The notes beneath the pieces were generated by a model. It was not told the DNA's origin and did not search any database. It saw nothing but the letters and a program-made list of their open reading frames with translations. DNA of 64,000 bases from Planctomycetota bacterium (lineage in GTDB: Bacteria > Planctomycetota > UBA11346). Location: contig JANQLF010000053.1 of NCBI GenBank assembly GCA_028280785.1, forward strand, positions 41,691-105,690, given 5' to 3'. Positions 16,093 to 26,324 of the stretch are shown piece after piece. Position 1 is the first letter of the stretch. Every line of letters starts with the position of its first letter. Made by a program: the position numbers and the translations under genes.

Positions 16093-17205
16093 ATGCTCAT
16101 AGGCACCATCGAAGAAATTAAGAACCACGAATACCGTGTTGGTTTAACACCTGCTTGCGTCAAAGCCTACGTTCGCGCCGGTCATCAGGTACAGGTGCAA
16201 AATGGCGCTGGTCGCCATGCCGGTTTCTTCAATGCAGACTACGAAAAAGCTGGGGCAACAATTGTTGATGATCCCAAGGCTATTTGCGATGCCTGCGATA
16301 TGATCGTCAAAGTAAAAGAACCAACTGAGTCTGAGTTCAATTTATTTCATGAAGGACAAATTCTCTATACCTATTTACACTTAGCTGCTGAAGAACAGCT
16401 GTGTAACGTGTTAATGGAAAAGAATGTTAAATCGGTGGCTTACGAAACCATTGAGGACGACAATCGTCGTTTACCGTGCCTACGCCCAATGAGTGAAATT
16501 GCCGGTCGTTTATCAGTTCAAGAAGGCGCTAAATATCTAGAAAAAACCTTTGGTGGTCGCGGTGTTTTACTTGGTGGTGTTCCCGGTGTTCGTCGTGGTA
16601 AAATTGCCATTCTTGGTGGCGGCATTGTTGGCACCAACGCATTAAAAATGGCGGTTGGTATTGGTGCTGATGTACACATTCTTGATATTAACGGTGATCG
16701 CCTTGCGTATTTAGACGATATTTTCGGCAGCAGCATCACCACGCTCTACAGCAGTGAAGCGAATATCGAACAAGCATTGATCGAAGCCGATGTGGTTATA
16801 GGTGCGGTTTTAGTTCCTGGTGCCAAAGCACCGCGCTTAGTGCGCAAAGAGCATTTGCAATTAATGAAACCGGGTGCGGTTTTAGTTGATGTAGCGATTG
16901 ACCAAGGTGGCTGCTTTGAAACCAGCAAACCAACGACGCATGATGAACCAACCTACATCATCGATGACATCGTGCATTATTGCGTTGCCAATATGCCCGG
17001 CGCAGTGGCTTTGACCTCAACCCTCGCCCTCACCAGTACGACCCTGCCCTATGGTTTAGAAATCGCCAACAACGGCTTGGAAGCAGCTATCAAATCCAAT
17101 CGCTCGATTGAAAAGGGCGTCAATGTCTACGCTGGCCAATGCACGTATGAAGGCGTTGCTGAAGCCCTTGGCATTGACTACACCTCGATTCATTCGCTGA
17201 TTTAA
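16093..17205 (+). CDS. ald: Alanine dehydrogenase
   Basis: MLIGTIEEIKNHEYRVGLTP is followed by the NAD-binding ILGGGIVGTNA, and the length is full (370 aa). Confidence 0.9.
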   Translation: MLIGTIEEIKNHEYRVGLTPACVKAYVRAGHQVQVQNGAGRHAGFFNADYEKAGATIVDDPKAICDACDMIVKVKEPTESEFNLFHEGQILYTYLHLAAEEQLCNVLMEKNVKSVAYETIEDDNRRLPCLRPMSEIAGRLSVQEGAKYLEKTFGGRGVLLGGVPGVRRGKIAILGGGIVGTNALKMAVGIGADVHILDINGDRLAYLDDIFGSSITTLYSSEANIEQALIEADVVIGAVLVPGAKAPRLVRKEHLQLMKPGAVLVDVAIDQGGCFETSKPTTHDEPTYIIDDIVHYCVANMPGAVALTSTLALTSTTLPYGLEIANNGLEAAIKSNRSIEKGVNVYAGQCTYEGVAEALGIDYTSIHSLI

Positions 17206-17321
17206 GCAACTGTCATTGCAGCTAATTTTCCTCTTGGTGAGACCAACTTGCCAAAGTCCACGCGTCCTATAGACAGGTAAGCCATTCGCGCTGAAAACGT
17301 CTAGGACAAAGAGGAATTTTC

Positions 17322-18290
17322 ATGACAAGTACTGCGATAGATAGCACTTATGTAAATGCTCTGCACCAAGTTGAGAGCGAAGTCAGCAAGATTCTGATTG
17401 GGCAAAAAGATATGCTACGCGGCCTGCTCATCGGTCTGCTCTGCGATGCCCACGTCTTACTTGAGGGCGTACCTGGTCTGGCAAAAACAACGGTGGTCAA
17501 AACATTGGCCCAAGCATGCAATGCTTCTTTCAATCGAGTCCAATTCACTCCTGATTTACTGCCTGCCGATATCGTCGGCACGCGCATTTATGAAGGTGGA
17601 GATTTCCGAGTTCGCCAGGGTCCAATTTTTGCGCAAATAATTTTAGCCGACGAAATTAACCGTGCGCCAGCTAAGGTGCAGAGCGCACTGCTTGAGGCGA
17701 TGGAAGAACGCCAAGTGACGATTGGCGATGAAACATTTAAATTACCACACCCCTTCATGGTACTCGCTACACAAAATCCGGTTGAACAAGAAGGTACCTA
17801 CCCCCTTCCTGAAGCACAAACCGACCGCTTTTTAATGAAGCTCTTAATTAATTACCCCGAACAAAGTGAAGAGCGCTTGGTTCTTGATCGTTCACTCGAA
17901 CGCGAAAAACCACAAGTGAATGCTGTACTCGAAACTGAAGTTTTACAAAAAGCTCAAGAACAAGTTCACAATGTTTTTTTAGATGACCGCCTAAAAGATT
18001 ATTGCGTCAGTCTAGTACGAGCGACGCGTGATCCGAAAGAAGCGGGCATTAATGATTTAGATGGATTAATTGAAATGGGTGCCAGTCCACGTGCAGTTAT
18101 TGGTTTAGCACAATCAGCACGAGCTAATGCTTTTATCGACGGTCGCGAATACGCGACACCGCAAGACATTAAAACTGTTGCTGCAAACGTTCTGCGCCAT
18201 CGCGTGGTACCGAGCTATGAAGCAGAAGCCGAAGACCTCGGTCCGGATGATTTAGTCGGGCGTTTATTGGAGCATGTACCGGTACCATAA
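17322..18290 (+). CDS. MoxR-family AAA+ ATPase (Bat module)
   Basis: Walker A is GVPGLAKT and Walker B is ILADEINRAPAK. QNPVEQEGTYPLPEAQTDRF is also present. Confidence 0.9.
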   Translation: MTSTAIDSTYVNALHQVESEVSKILIGQKDMLRGLLIGLLCDAHVLLEGVPGLAKTTVVKTLAQACNASFNRVQFTPDLLPADIVGTRIYEGGDFRVRQGPIFAQIILADEINRAPAKVQSALLEAMEERQVTIGDETFKLPHPFMVLATQNPVEQEGTYPLPEAQTDRFLMKLLINYPEQSEERLVLDRSLEREKPQVNAVLETEVLQKAQEQVHNVFLDDRLKDYCVSLVRATRDPKEAGINDLDGLIEMGASPRAVIGLAQSARANAFIDGREYATPQDIKTVAANVLRHRVVPSYEAEAEDLGPDDLVGRLLEHVPVP

Positions 18291-19203
18291 AACGGCGACG
18301 CAGATGGATACTGAACTCAAACATATTTTACGCCAAGTAAAACGCATCGAATTACGCACGCGTCAAGCCATGAACGATTTGACGGCCGGTGCCTATAAAT
18401 CGCGATTTCGTGGCCAAGGTATGGAGTTCGAAGAAGTACGCGAATACGTCCCCGGTGATGATGTGCGCAGCATCGATTGGAATGTCAGCGCCCGTGCCGC
18501 AAAACCATTTGTAAAAGTGTTTCGCGAAGAGCGCGAATTAACGGTGATGTTATTAGTCGATGTTTCCGGCTCGATGAAGTTTGGTGCCATACCCGGTTTA
18601 TCGCCGCGTAGTAAAATGGCTGCCGCTGCTGAAGCCGCTGCCGTGGTTGGCGTTACCGCCATGCAAAATAAAGATAAAATTGGATTAATTGGTTTTCATC
18701 AAGAAACAGCCGTACATGTACCGGCACGACGCGGTCGCAATCATACCATGCGATTAATGCGTGAAATTCTCACACAAAACACTTTGCAAACGCAAACCAA
18801 TATCGCCCACGCTCTAGAAGAATTAAATCGTGTCGAACGCAAGCGCACTGTGTGTTTTATTGTTTCTGATTTTTTAGGCGATCTTGAACAATTACCAGAA
18901 ACGCTGCGTCGCGCCAAACGCCGGCACGATGTAGTGGGCCTTCGCATTAGTGATCGCAATGAAGCCAGTCTTCCTGAACACAATGCACCGCTGTTAGTAC
19001 AGGACCCCGAAGGAACGGATTCACTGTGCTTAGAAAATAATAAAAAGGCGCGCAAAACCTACAGCGACCTTTATCAGAAACAGCGTCGGCAATGCGAACG
19101 TGCGTTTCGCAGTGCCAGTTGTGATTTAGTTGATATTGATACCAGCGATTCATGCATTGCCGCCATTCAAGCGTTTTTCCGACGCCGGAGACGGCGTTTA
19201 TGA
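18274..19203 (+). CDS. DUF58 protein (vWA-like partner of MoxR)
   Basis: Motifs G.GMEFEEVREYVPGDDVRSIDW and LLVDVSGSM are present. The start is either 18274 or the ATG at 18304. Confidence 0.8.
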   Translation: MYRYHKTATQMDTELKHILRQVKRIELRTRQAMNDLTAGAYKSRFRGQGMEFEEVREYVPGDDVRSIDWNVSARAAKPFVKVFREERELTVMLLVDVSGSMKFGAIPGLSPRSKMAAAAEAAAVVGVTAMQNKDKIGLIGFHQETAVHVPARRGRNHTMRLMREILTQNTLQTQTNIAHALEELNRVERKRTVCFIVSDFLGDLEQLPETLRRAKRRHDVVGLRISDRNEASLPEHNAPLLVQDPEGTDSLCLENNKKARKTYSDLYQKQRRQCERAFRSASCDLVDIDTSDSCIAAIQAFFRRRRRRL

Positions 19204-20108
19204 AATACCTCTTTGCACTCGGTATTTTATGCTGCGTCATTTGTAGTTATGCCAGCGAATCCGTTCGTATTGATATGTACGCTGACCGCGAACAAGCTGC
19301 TATCGGTGATGAGCTAACCCTCACCATTACCTATGTGTGGCCGAGTGATTGGACCATCGAAAAAGAACCCAATCCGGCAATGACCTTAAGTAACATGAAT
19401 GTGTTTATTGTTGATGCACCGCCGGTTGATCGACTTGTTTTTGGTAACGAACAACAATTACGTTGGACCTTTACTATTTTAGCGCAACAAAGTGGCGCCT
19501 GGTCTTTGCCACAACTTGGATTCGAAATTACTGATCCACAAGGGCAAACACACACGACATCAGCACCAAACATCATTATTCAAGTTGGCGTCGACGAAAA
19601 ACCCCCGCGTTTATCCGAGCCAAGTCTCGCCTGGACAACACAAGACAGCACCGATGCCGGCATTCATCAATCTTATTGGTGGATACTCATACTTATTGTT
19701 TTAATTATTGGTGGCGTTTTGTTTTGGTACCTGCGCAAGCAACAACCTGAACAAATCGTAAAACCGATTGAACGATTCGATCACACCATTGCCCAAGCAC
19801 GTGCAGCCAAGGATTCCAAAGAAGCTGCTGCCCTACTCAGCCTCGCGCTACGCACCTATTGTTCGGAAATTTGGTTATTTGATGGTGTTGCGGCAACTAA
19901 TCGTGAAATGCGCTTTTTCTTACGCCGTCATTTAGGCTCCAAAGAATTATCGTCTATTTGCCATATTTTAGATGGCGTCGAAGATTTTCGTTGGGCGCCA
20001 GATGGTGAATTAGCCGATAATGTTAATGCTTTTATTAATGACAGCGTTCAATGGTGTCAGTCGCAAGAGCAAGCGCGTCAAGCTGCCGAAGCGGAGGCAG
20101 CGGCATGA
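19200..20108 (+). CDS. Bat-operon membrane protein (DUF4381-like position)
   Basis: The ATG at 19200 overlaps the upstream stop (ATGA). It has a signal peptide (MKYLFALGILCCVICSYA) and one central TM helix. Confidence 0.55.
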   Translation: MKYLFALGILCCVICSYASESVRIDMYADREQAAIGDELTLTITYVWPSDWTIEKEPNPAMTLSNMNVFIVDAPPVDRLVFGNEQQLRWTFTILAQQSGAWSLPQLGFEITDPQGQTHTTSAPNIIIQVGVDEKPPRLSEPSLAWTTQDSTDAGIHQSYWWILILIVLIIGGVLFWYLRKQQPEQIVKPIERFDHTIAQARAAKDSKEAAALLSLALRTYCSEIWLFDGVAATNREMRFFLRRHLGSKELSSICHILDGVEDFRWAPDGELADNVNAFINDSVQWCQSQEQARQAAEAEAAA

Positions 20109-21172
20109 ACGAATCACTGATATTCGACAGTATGTGGTGGCTCTTATTATTACTGCTGCCTTTAGCATTACTTATTTTACATGAACGTCGTGGCGGTGCC
20201 CAATTTGGGGCTTTTCATCTATTACAAAAAGCGCTTAAACCAAGCAAAGGGCCAATGCTTTATCGCATCATCATGGCCATCGGCATTAGCAGTCTCATCA
20301 TCGCTGCAGCGCGCCCACAATACGGTAGTCAAATAAAAGAATATACATCTGATGGTCGTGATTTAATGCTGGTCATCGATCTTTCGTATTCGATGAAATT
20401 AGATGATATGACTAATGCCGATAATGAACGCATATCCAGGTTAGCTGCGGTATTCCAAGCAGCCCACGGATTTATTGAAGGCAGGCCAAATGATCGTATT
20501 GGACTGGTTTTCTTTTCAGACTTAGCATTGAACTCCTGTCCGCTCACGCTCGATCATGCAACGCTGCACGATATTTTAAAACGGACGCAATCCACACTCG
20601 AAGCCATGTGGAGCCGTGGACGACAACGAGGCTTGGATCATCACGAACAGTTTTTATTAGGCATGGGCACTAATATCAGTGCTGGTCTTGGTTATGCGAT
20701 TAAAACAGTCGATCAATCAAAAGCAGATGAAAAAACCTTAGGCAAAGCTTTAATTCTTATTACTGACGGTAAAAACAGCCGAATATATGAAAATCCAATG
20801 ATTGCGGCCAAACATGCAAAAAACCTAGAATTGCACATCCATTCAATTGGTGTGGGTGATCCAAGAGGATCCTATACCGAAACTGACGTCATCGGCAGAA
20901 AGCATATAAAAAATGTAACCGCCGAAAATCTTCCAGACATGAACTTACTCAGACGGATTGCCAAAGAAACATCTGGTATTGCAATGCGCGCCGGTAACCG
21001 CGATGAACTGAAAACAGTATTTGCAAAAATAGATGAATTAGAACCGAGTCCGCGCAATGAATTAACGCGCGATAATTATACCGATAAGTTTATGTGGCCA
21101 TTATTAATTGGTCTTATTTGTTGTAGCTGTGGCTTGCTTATTGAACCACGTTTACGTGGAGCCTTGGCATGA
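20105..21172 (+). CDS. batA: vWA-domain membrane protein BatA
   Basis: N-terminal TM helix and the MIDAS motif DLSYSM. The start overlaps the upstream stop (ATGA). Confidence 0.8.
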   Translation: MNESLIFDSMWWLLLLLLPLALLILHERRGGAQFGAFHLLQKALKPSKGPMLYRIIMAIGISSLIIAAARPQYGSQIKEYTSDGRDLMLVIDLSYSMKLDDMTNADNERISRLAAVFQAAHGFIEGRPNDRIGLVFFSDLALNSCPLTLDHATLHDILKRTQSTLEAMWSRGRQRGLDHHEQFLLGMGTNISAGLGYAIKTVDQSKADEKTLGKALILITDGKNSRIYENPMIAAKHAKNLELHIHSIGVGDPRGSYTETDVIGRKHIKNVTAENLPDMNLLRRIAKETSGIAMRAGNRDELKTVFAKIDELEPSPRNELTRDNYTDKFMWPLLIGLICCSCGLLIEPRLRGALA

Positions 21173-22152
21173 GCTTCGCACATTTCTGGGTTCTGAGTTT
21201 CATTCCATTATGCATCCTCGCAGCATTTTTACAGCTATGGTGGCGACAACGCATTATCAAACAACAAGCAAGCATTGGCACGACGGCTAAACATTTGTGC
21301 AAGCAGGTCAATACGTTCAGTATGCACTTGCGGTTTTTTGGATCGTGGATCGCCATACTCTTAATTGTTTTTGCTGTTGCTGGGCCCCGTTGGGGAAGTG
21401 GTGAAGTCAAACGCAATGCCACTGGTGCTTATGTTGTTTTTGCTTTGGATTGTAGTCGTTCGATGTTAGCTGAAGACCTCTACCCAAATCGCATGCAGCA
21501 TGCGCATTTTAAAGCACTGGATATTATGAAGGAAAATCCAGAGCATCGTGTAGCGCTTTTACCCTTTGCGCGCATTGCGACCTTACGCACACCATTTACA
21601 GGTGATCACGTTGCCATAGCTGAAATGATAAAAGATTGTGATCCGGATTTATTTCCAGCTAAATTTGGCTATCAAGGAACGGCAATTGGTGAAAGCGTTC
21701 AAGAATCGTGTCGACTTTTACAGGAACATCTCGGTAGCTCTTTAGCCATTGTGGTGCTGAGTGACGGCTCTGATTCGAATAGTGACAGTATCGATGCAGC
21801 GATCGAAGCTGCCAATAAACATGGCGTGCGCATCTACGGTTTATTTTTCGGTGATGAAGATCGTGAAGTCAGCCTGACTATAGATGGTAAAAAACAAATT
21901 ATGAAAGCCGATAAAGGTACCTTGGATAAACTCGCTCTTGAAACCGGCGGTATCAGCGTCAACGCCACTAACGACAACAGTGACATCCTCGCCTTATCGC
22001 AGCATATTCGCACCCATGTGAGCCAAGAAGAATGGGAAGAACGACAGCGCGTTATCGCACTTGAACGTTACCAATTATTTTTAATTCCAGCAATACTCTT
22101 GTTAAGTTTAAGCCTACTCTTACCAAGTCGCAGGACTATTCATTATGCGTAG
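21169..22152 (+). CDS. batB: vWA-domain membrane protein BatB
   Basis: MIDAS motif DCSRSM, a C-terminal TM helix and an ATGA overlap with the upstream stop. Confidence 0.8.
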   Translation: MSFAHFWVLSFIPLCILAAFLQLWWRQRIIKQQASIGTTAKHLCKQVNTFSMHLRFFGSWIAILLIVFAVAGPRWGSGEVKRNATGAYVVFALDCSRSMLAEDLYPNRMQHAHFKALDIMKENPEHRVALLPFARIATLRTPFTGDHVAIAEMIKDCDPDLFPAKFGYQGTAIGESVQESCRLLQEHLGSSLAIVVLSDGSDSNSDSIDAAIEAANKHGVRIYGLFFGDEDREVSLTIDGKKQIMKADKGTLDKLALETGGISVNATNDNSDILALSQHIRTHVSQEEWEERQRVIALERYQLFLIPAILLLSLSLLLPSRRTIHYA

Positions 22153-24103
22153 TCTTCTATTAATTATTTGTTGCTTGGGATTACTGCCTGCTGCTTCCTC
22201 GTGGCAACGCGCAGAAGAAGCAGCGCGCATAGCAGAAACCGACATTCACAATGCCATTGCTCGTTTACAAGATTTATTATTGGATGAGCCTGAGCTTCAT
22301 GTCGCTCACTATAATTTAGCCTGTATTTTACTGAATTATCAATGGCAAGCTGAAGATGATCAGCGTTTTGGCTCGCAAACACGCAAGCTCGCTAAACAAG
22401 CATTAAATATGTCTGAATTGCCAGACATAGACCCACTCGCATTAGCCGCTGAACATTTTCAACGCGCCGTCGCATCACCGGTTAAAAAACTTGCAGCACG
22501 TGCCTGGCATAATTTAGCGCTAGCACGCTATAAACAGGGTCGTTTAGAAGATGCGCTCGCCGCAGCGGTGAAGGCTTGTGAATTATTTCCACAAGAGCAG
22601 GCTTTTTTACAAACGCGCAATGAATTGCGCCGGGTCTTTTTAGAGCGCGCTGATGAAGCACGCCGCAAAGCTGAAGAAGAAGCCAAGCGTTTACGTATTA
22701 TTCAAGCGCCCCTACCTGATGCATTTGAAGGGAAATCTTATACAGCACAGATTCAAGCGAAAGGTGGCGCTGGCGAACCCTATATGTTTAGCCTCGGCGC
22801 TGAACAAACATTACCTGAAGGTTTAAAACTACCTCCCCCTGAACCTACGGCGACAGCTAGTCGAAAAAGGCCTGAATCGATGAGGAATGATACCATAATT
22901 GGTATTCCGAATTCCAACGCAGTCGGTGAACATCAAATTAAATTTATTGTTAAAGACAGCGCCGATGCAACAGATGAGGCTGAGCTATCCATAAAAGTCT
23001 GGCCCAAACCTAAAATCACTACTGAGCACCTGAACGAAGCAATTATTCAACAATCGTATTTAGCTGAACTACATTGCGTAGGTCTTCCCCATCCAACATG
23101 GTTTATTGAGGGACTGCCTAAAGGATTAAAACTGAAGCAAAACACTGGTCCACGAGTGAGCATCGGCGGTACCGCTGAAGAATTGGGCACGTTTACACTC
23201 AATATGACGGTACGAGATGATAAAAACGATTTAATTGCTGTGCATAGTTTGCCATTAGTTGTCAGTGATTCATTCGCGCCTGACACCACTGGTATGCCAC
23301 CAGCAACCGCATGGTCGCCCTATACTCATCAACTCAGTGTGCGTGGGCCCACTCAACAATATAAATATTTCAGCCAAGGCGCTGGAGGATTTACTATAGA
23401 CGAACAAGGTCTCATCGGTGGTACGCCAGAAGAACAGGGTGATGTTGATTTCCCATTAAGCATTAAAGCAGATGACGGACGCGAACGTAGTTTTGTTTTA
23501 CAAATGAAAGTCAATCCGCCCCCCGTCATTGCAGAAGAAGCTGAAATTAAATTAAATATCGGACAATCACTCCAACGAAAATTAAAGGTCGAAGGTGGCA
23601 CAGCACCCTATACCTGGACCTTAGTCGAGGGTTTATTACCTGACGGTGTTCGCTTAGACGAATCGGGCTACATCACTGGAGCAGCAAGCCTCGCTGAAGA
23701 AGCGCCGGTCACCATCGCCGTTGAAGACCGCTGGTCATCGCGTGGCACTAAAGAAATAAAACTCATTTTTGAAGCAAAAGATCCAAATCAACAACAAGAA
23801 CAGCAGGATCAACAGCAGCAAAATCAAGAAAACCAAGAACAAAATCAGGATCAGCAGAACCAAGAAGACCAGGGCCAAAACCAACAGCAAACTGCTGACC
23901 AACAGGAAAATCAAGAAAATCAACAAGAGCAAAACGACGCACAAGCCGCACAGCAAGAAGCACAGGACCAACAGGAAGGTCAAATAAAACAGGCCGATGT
24001 GCAACGCTGGCTTGATTCACTCCCAGAAGAATCAAAACGCGCTTTGTTAATGCAGTTACTCGATGGCAAACATAATCCGCAGCCGGACAAGGAACCGTGG
24101 TAA
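22145..24103 (+). CDS. batC: BatC-like TPR protein, expanded with four Ig-like (He_PIG-type) repeats and a Q/N/E-rich tail
   Basis: It has a signal peptide and an N-terminal TPR-like region. Four repeats fit the pattern ...Y...L...GG..PY.W.L..GLP.GL.L...G.I.G. A low-complexity tail lies near residues 545-615. Confidence 0.65.
   Translation: MRSLLLIICCLGLLPAASSWQRAEEAARIAETDIHNAIARLQDLLLDEPELHVAHYNLACILLNYQWQAEDDQRFGSQTRKLAKQALNMSELPDIDPLALAAEHFQRAVASPVKKLAARAWHNLALARYKQGRLEDALAAAVKACELFPQEQAFLQTRNELRRVFLERADEARRKAEEEAKRLRIIQAPLPDAFEGKSYTAQIQAKGGAGEPYMFSLGAEQTLPEGLKLPPPEPTATASRKRPESMRNDTIIGIPNSNAVGEHQIKFIVKDSADATDEAELSIKVWPKPKITTEHLNEAIIQQSYLAELHCVGLPHPTWFIEGLPKGLKLKQNTGPRVSIGGTAEELGTFTLNMTVRDDKNDLIAVHSLPLVVSDSFAPDTTGMPPATAWSPYTHQLSVRGPTQQYKYFSQGAGGFTIDEQGLIGGTPEEQGDVDFPLSIKADDGRERSFVLQMKVNPPPVIAEEAEIKLNIGQSLQRKLKVEGGTAPYTWTLVEGLLPDGVRLDESGYITGAASLAEEAPVTIAVEDRWSSRGTKEIKLIFEAKDPNQQQEQQDQQQQNQENQEQNQDQQNQEDQGQNQQQTADQQENQENQQEQNDAQAAQQEAQDQQEGQIKQADVQRWLDSLPEESKRALLMQLLDGKHNPQPDKEPW
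23770..23990 (+). repeat. Low-complexity coding repeat (CAA/CAG/GAA/AAT-rich) encoding the Q/N/E/D tract of BatC
   Basis: The tract reads DPNQQQEQQDQQQQNQENQEQNQDQQNQEDQGQNQQQTADQQENQENQQEQND. Confidence 0.8.
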
Positions 24104-25647
24104 TGTGGCGTTTACTCTTTTGCCTGTGTATCTGTACAGCGCTGTTTAGCGCCGAAGCGAAATGGGAATTTCCTAGTTCCGTGGTTCCAAATGTGCGTAT
24201 TCGCGTACCGATAAAAATTACCAATTTCCCTGAGCAGATAAGTCAATGGGACCAACCAAAAATGGAGCATGTTAACTGGTATGCCATTCAACGTGCTGGT
24301 CATTTTACCTCAATTATCAATGGGGTGAAAACACAAGAGCAGACCGTACTTGTCACCGTCAGCTTCTCGCAAGTTGGTGAATACACCATACCCCCGGTAA
24401 CCTTTAGTGCCCGCAGCGGTGCTCAGGTAAAAACCGAAGCAGTAACCGTAAAAGTTCAAAAAAGTAATTTTGAAGCAAACGGCGAATGCGTCGCTGAGAC
24501 ACGATGCTCTTCCACCCAGGTTGTACCCGGCGAAGTCTTTATTTTACACTATCAAATCAGCACACCGATTAAAAAGCGCTATGCCATTAACAATTCACTC
24601 GGCTTGCAAATTCCAGAAGACGTAATTCAAGTGAGCGATGTCAAAATCTATGACAGTGAAAAACAGTATAGCAGCAATGGTGAAATGTGGGAAGTACGTA
24701 AATACAGCATCGAATTAAAATGCACCAAGCCTGGATCGTATACATTTTCAGGACAACAAGAATATTTTTCTATTAACCGCCGGTTTATGCACAATTCTTA
24801 TGAACGTGCTGGCTCTACGCCGATAAAACCAACAACGGTCACCGTTATTCATTTACCCACAGATGGCCAGCCAAATAATTTCACTGGATTAATCGGTGCC
24901 GTCGATCTAGACGCCAGCGTCGACCGTGAACGCATACCCTTAGGTAAAAATATACAGCTACAAATTACAGCGAGCAACGGCCAGGTTGATATGCTCAGTG
25001 GCATTAAAGTTCCGCCTATTGATGGCTTAACTATTTATGAAGGTGATTATGACGTTAGTGAAGATGAAAAAACCAAAACGTATTATTGGACCTTGGTCCC
25101 GCAACGTGAGGGCAACTTTATTATTCCTGCAATTACAGTGCCCTACTTTGACAGTAAGGATAGACAATACCGATCGATTAAAACCAAACCACTAGCCCTC
25201 ACCGTTATTCCGGGCAAGCAACGTGATTTGAATATGGTTGGCACGCAAACAAACACGACAAGCAGTCCGTTACTTAATACGAGTGGCGCAGGCCTAGCAT
25301 TGCCAAGTCCACTCTACGGTGATGCCAGCGCTGCCTGGTCTCACCGCAGCATATGGTTTGCCCTGATCATTGGCATTCTTGCAGGCATTGGCATTTCTTG
25401 GGCAACAACACGACGTAGCTCTGATACTAACCCTGGACCATCGATCAAAAAATCACTGATTAAATCATTAGAAGAAAATGATGCCAATACGGCCAACCAA
25501 ATAATTCATCAACTCATACCGCATCTCAGTGCAGCTGGTAAATCACAGGCTGATGCATTAATCAAACAAATAGAAGCAGCGCGTTTTGGTGGCGGTAAAA
25601 TTGACAATTCCTTTATTCAACAAGCAACGGCATTGGAATTAGCATGA
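24103..25647 (+). CDS. batD: BatD-like oxygen-tolerance protein
   Basis: The ATG at 24103 overlaps the batC TAA by 1 nt. It has a signal peptide, repeated beta-rich modules, a C-terminal TM helix and the expected operon position. Confidence 0.65.
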   Translation: MWRLLFCLCICTALFSAEAKWEFPSSVVPNVRIRVPIKITNFPEQISQWDQPKMEHVNWYAIQRAGHFTSIINGVKTQEQTVLVTVSFSQVGEYTIPPVTFSARSGAQVKTEAVTVKVQKSNFEANGECVAETRCSSTQVVPGEVFILHYQISTPIKKRYAINNSLGLQIPEDVIQVSDVKIYDSEKQYSSNGEMWEVRKYSIELKCTKPGSYTFSGQQEYFSINRRFMHNSYERAGSTPIKPTTVTVIHLPTDGQPNNFTGLIGAVDLDASVDRERIPLGKNIQLQITASNGQVDMLSGIKVPPIDGLTIYEGDYDVSEDEKTKTYYWTLVPQREGNFIIPAITVPYFDSKDRQYRSIKTKPLALTVIPGKQRDLNMVGTQTNTTSSPLLNTSGAGLALPSPLYGDASAAWSHRSIWFALIIGILAGIGISWATTRRSSDTNPGPSIKKSLIKSLEENDANTANQIIHQLIPHLSAAGKSQADALIKQIEAARFGGGKIDNSFIQQATALELA

Positions 25648-26324
25648 TGATGCGTTGCCTCGTATTATGTCTCTCCTTATTTAGCATCGATATTCTGGCT
25701 AGCGATGCGGCTTATGATGCCTGGGGGCAAAACCGACCCGGCGAAGCCGTGTCTCTTTTATATGAACGCGCACAAAAATCCGACGCCTGGTATGATTATT
25801 ACGATCTGGGCTTGGCAGCGCATGATAATCGTGAATACGGCAAAGCGGTTGCCTGGTTATTAGCCGCTCATCTCCGTGCACCAAGTGAGCAAGAACCAAA
25901 ATGGGCATTGGAAGCCATGGAAATTCCTGTGCCGCCTAGCTGGCTCGATAAACTAGGCCCCCTCGCTATTCCCGGCACAGGATGGTTGGGCGTCTTGTTG
26001 ATGCTTGGCGCTGGCTGCTGCATCGGCATGAGCATTGTCCATCACGGATGGCGTTGGCGACTATTGAGCGTGGCAGGTTTATGCTTGGTTTTGGCCCTAC
26101 CGGGCAGCGTGGCCCATAGCGTTGACAGCCAACGCAATTTGCATGCCTGCGTTCGTGACTGTCCGTTGCTGGATGCCACTGGTCAGCCATTGCAAACACT
26201 ACCCGCAGGAACCATCGTCATCGAGGAAAGAAAACTCGCCAACGGCCGATTACTCATACAATTGACCACCGGACAACGCGGGTTTATCGATAAAACTTAT
26301 TGTGATGCAAAACCAGACTCTTGA
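25644..26324 (+). CDS. batE: BatE-like TPR plus SH3b protein
   Basis: It has a signal peptide, a TPR-like segment and two TM helices. The C-terminal SH3b-like segment reads LPAGTIVIEERKLANGRLLIQL..GQRGFI. Confidence 0.65.
   Translation: MMMRCLVLCLSLFSIDILASDAAYDAWGQNRPGEAVSLLYERAQKSDAWYDYYDLGLAAHDNREYGKAVAWLLAAHLRAPSEQEPKWALEAMEIPVPPSWLDKLGPLAIPGTGWLGVLLMLGAGCCIGMSIVHHGWRWRLLSVAGLCLVLALPGSVAHSVDSQRNLHACVRDCPLLDATGQPLQTLPAGTIVIEERKLANGRLLIQLTTGQRGFIDKTYCDAKPDS

Noticed and set aside
15924-16163. A 79-aa minus-strand ORF overlaps the ald start region.
   Set aside because: It overlaps the well-supported ald 5' end. It has no SD sequence and no recognisable motif.
23735-24224. ORF-track entries 23735..24004(-), 23763..24224(-) and 23769..23987(+) overlap the end of batC.
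   Set aside because: They lie entirely within the CAA/CAG/GAA low-complexity tract, which stays open in several frames. Their products are homopolymer-like (L/F-rich or K/N-rich). The batC frame is supported by its flanking domains and by start/stop coupling.
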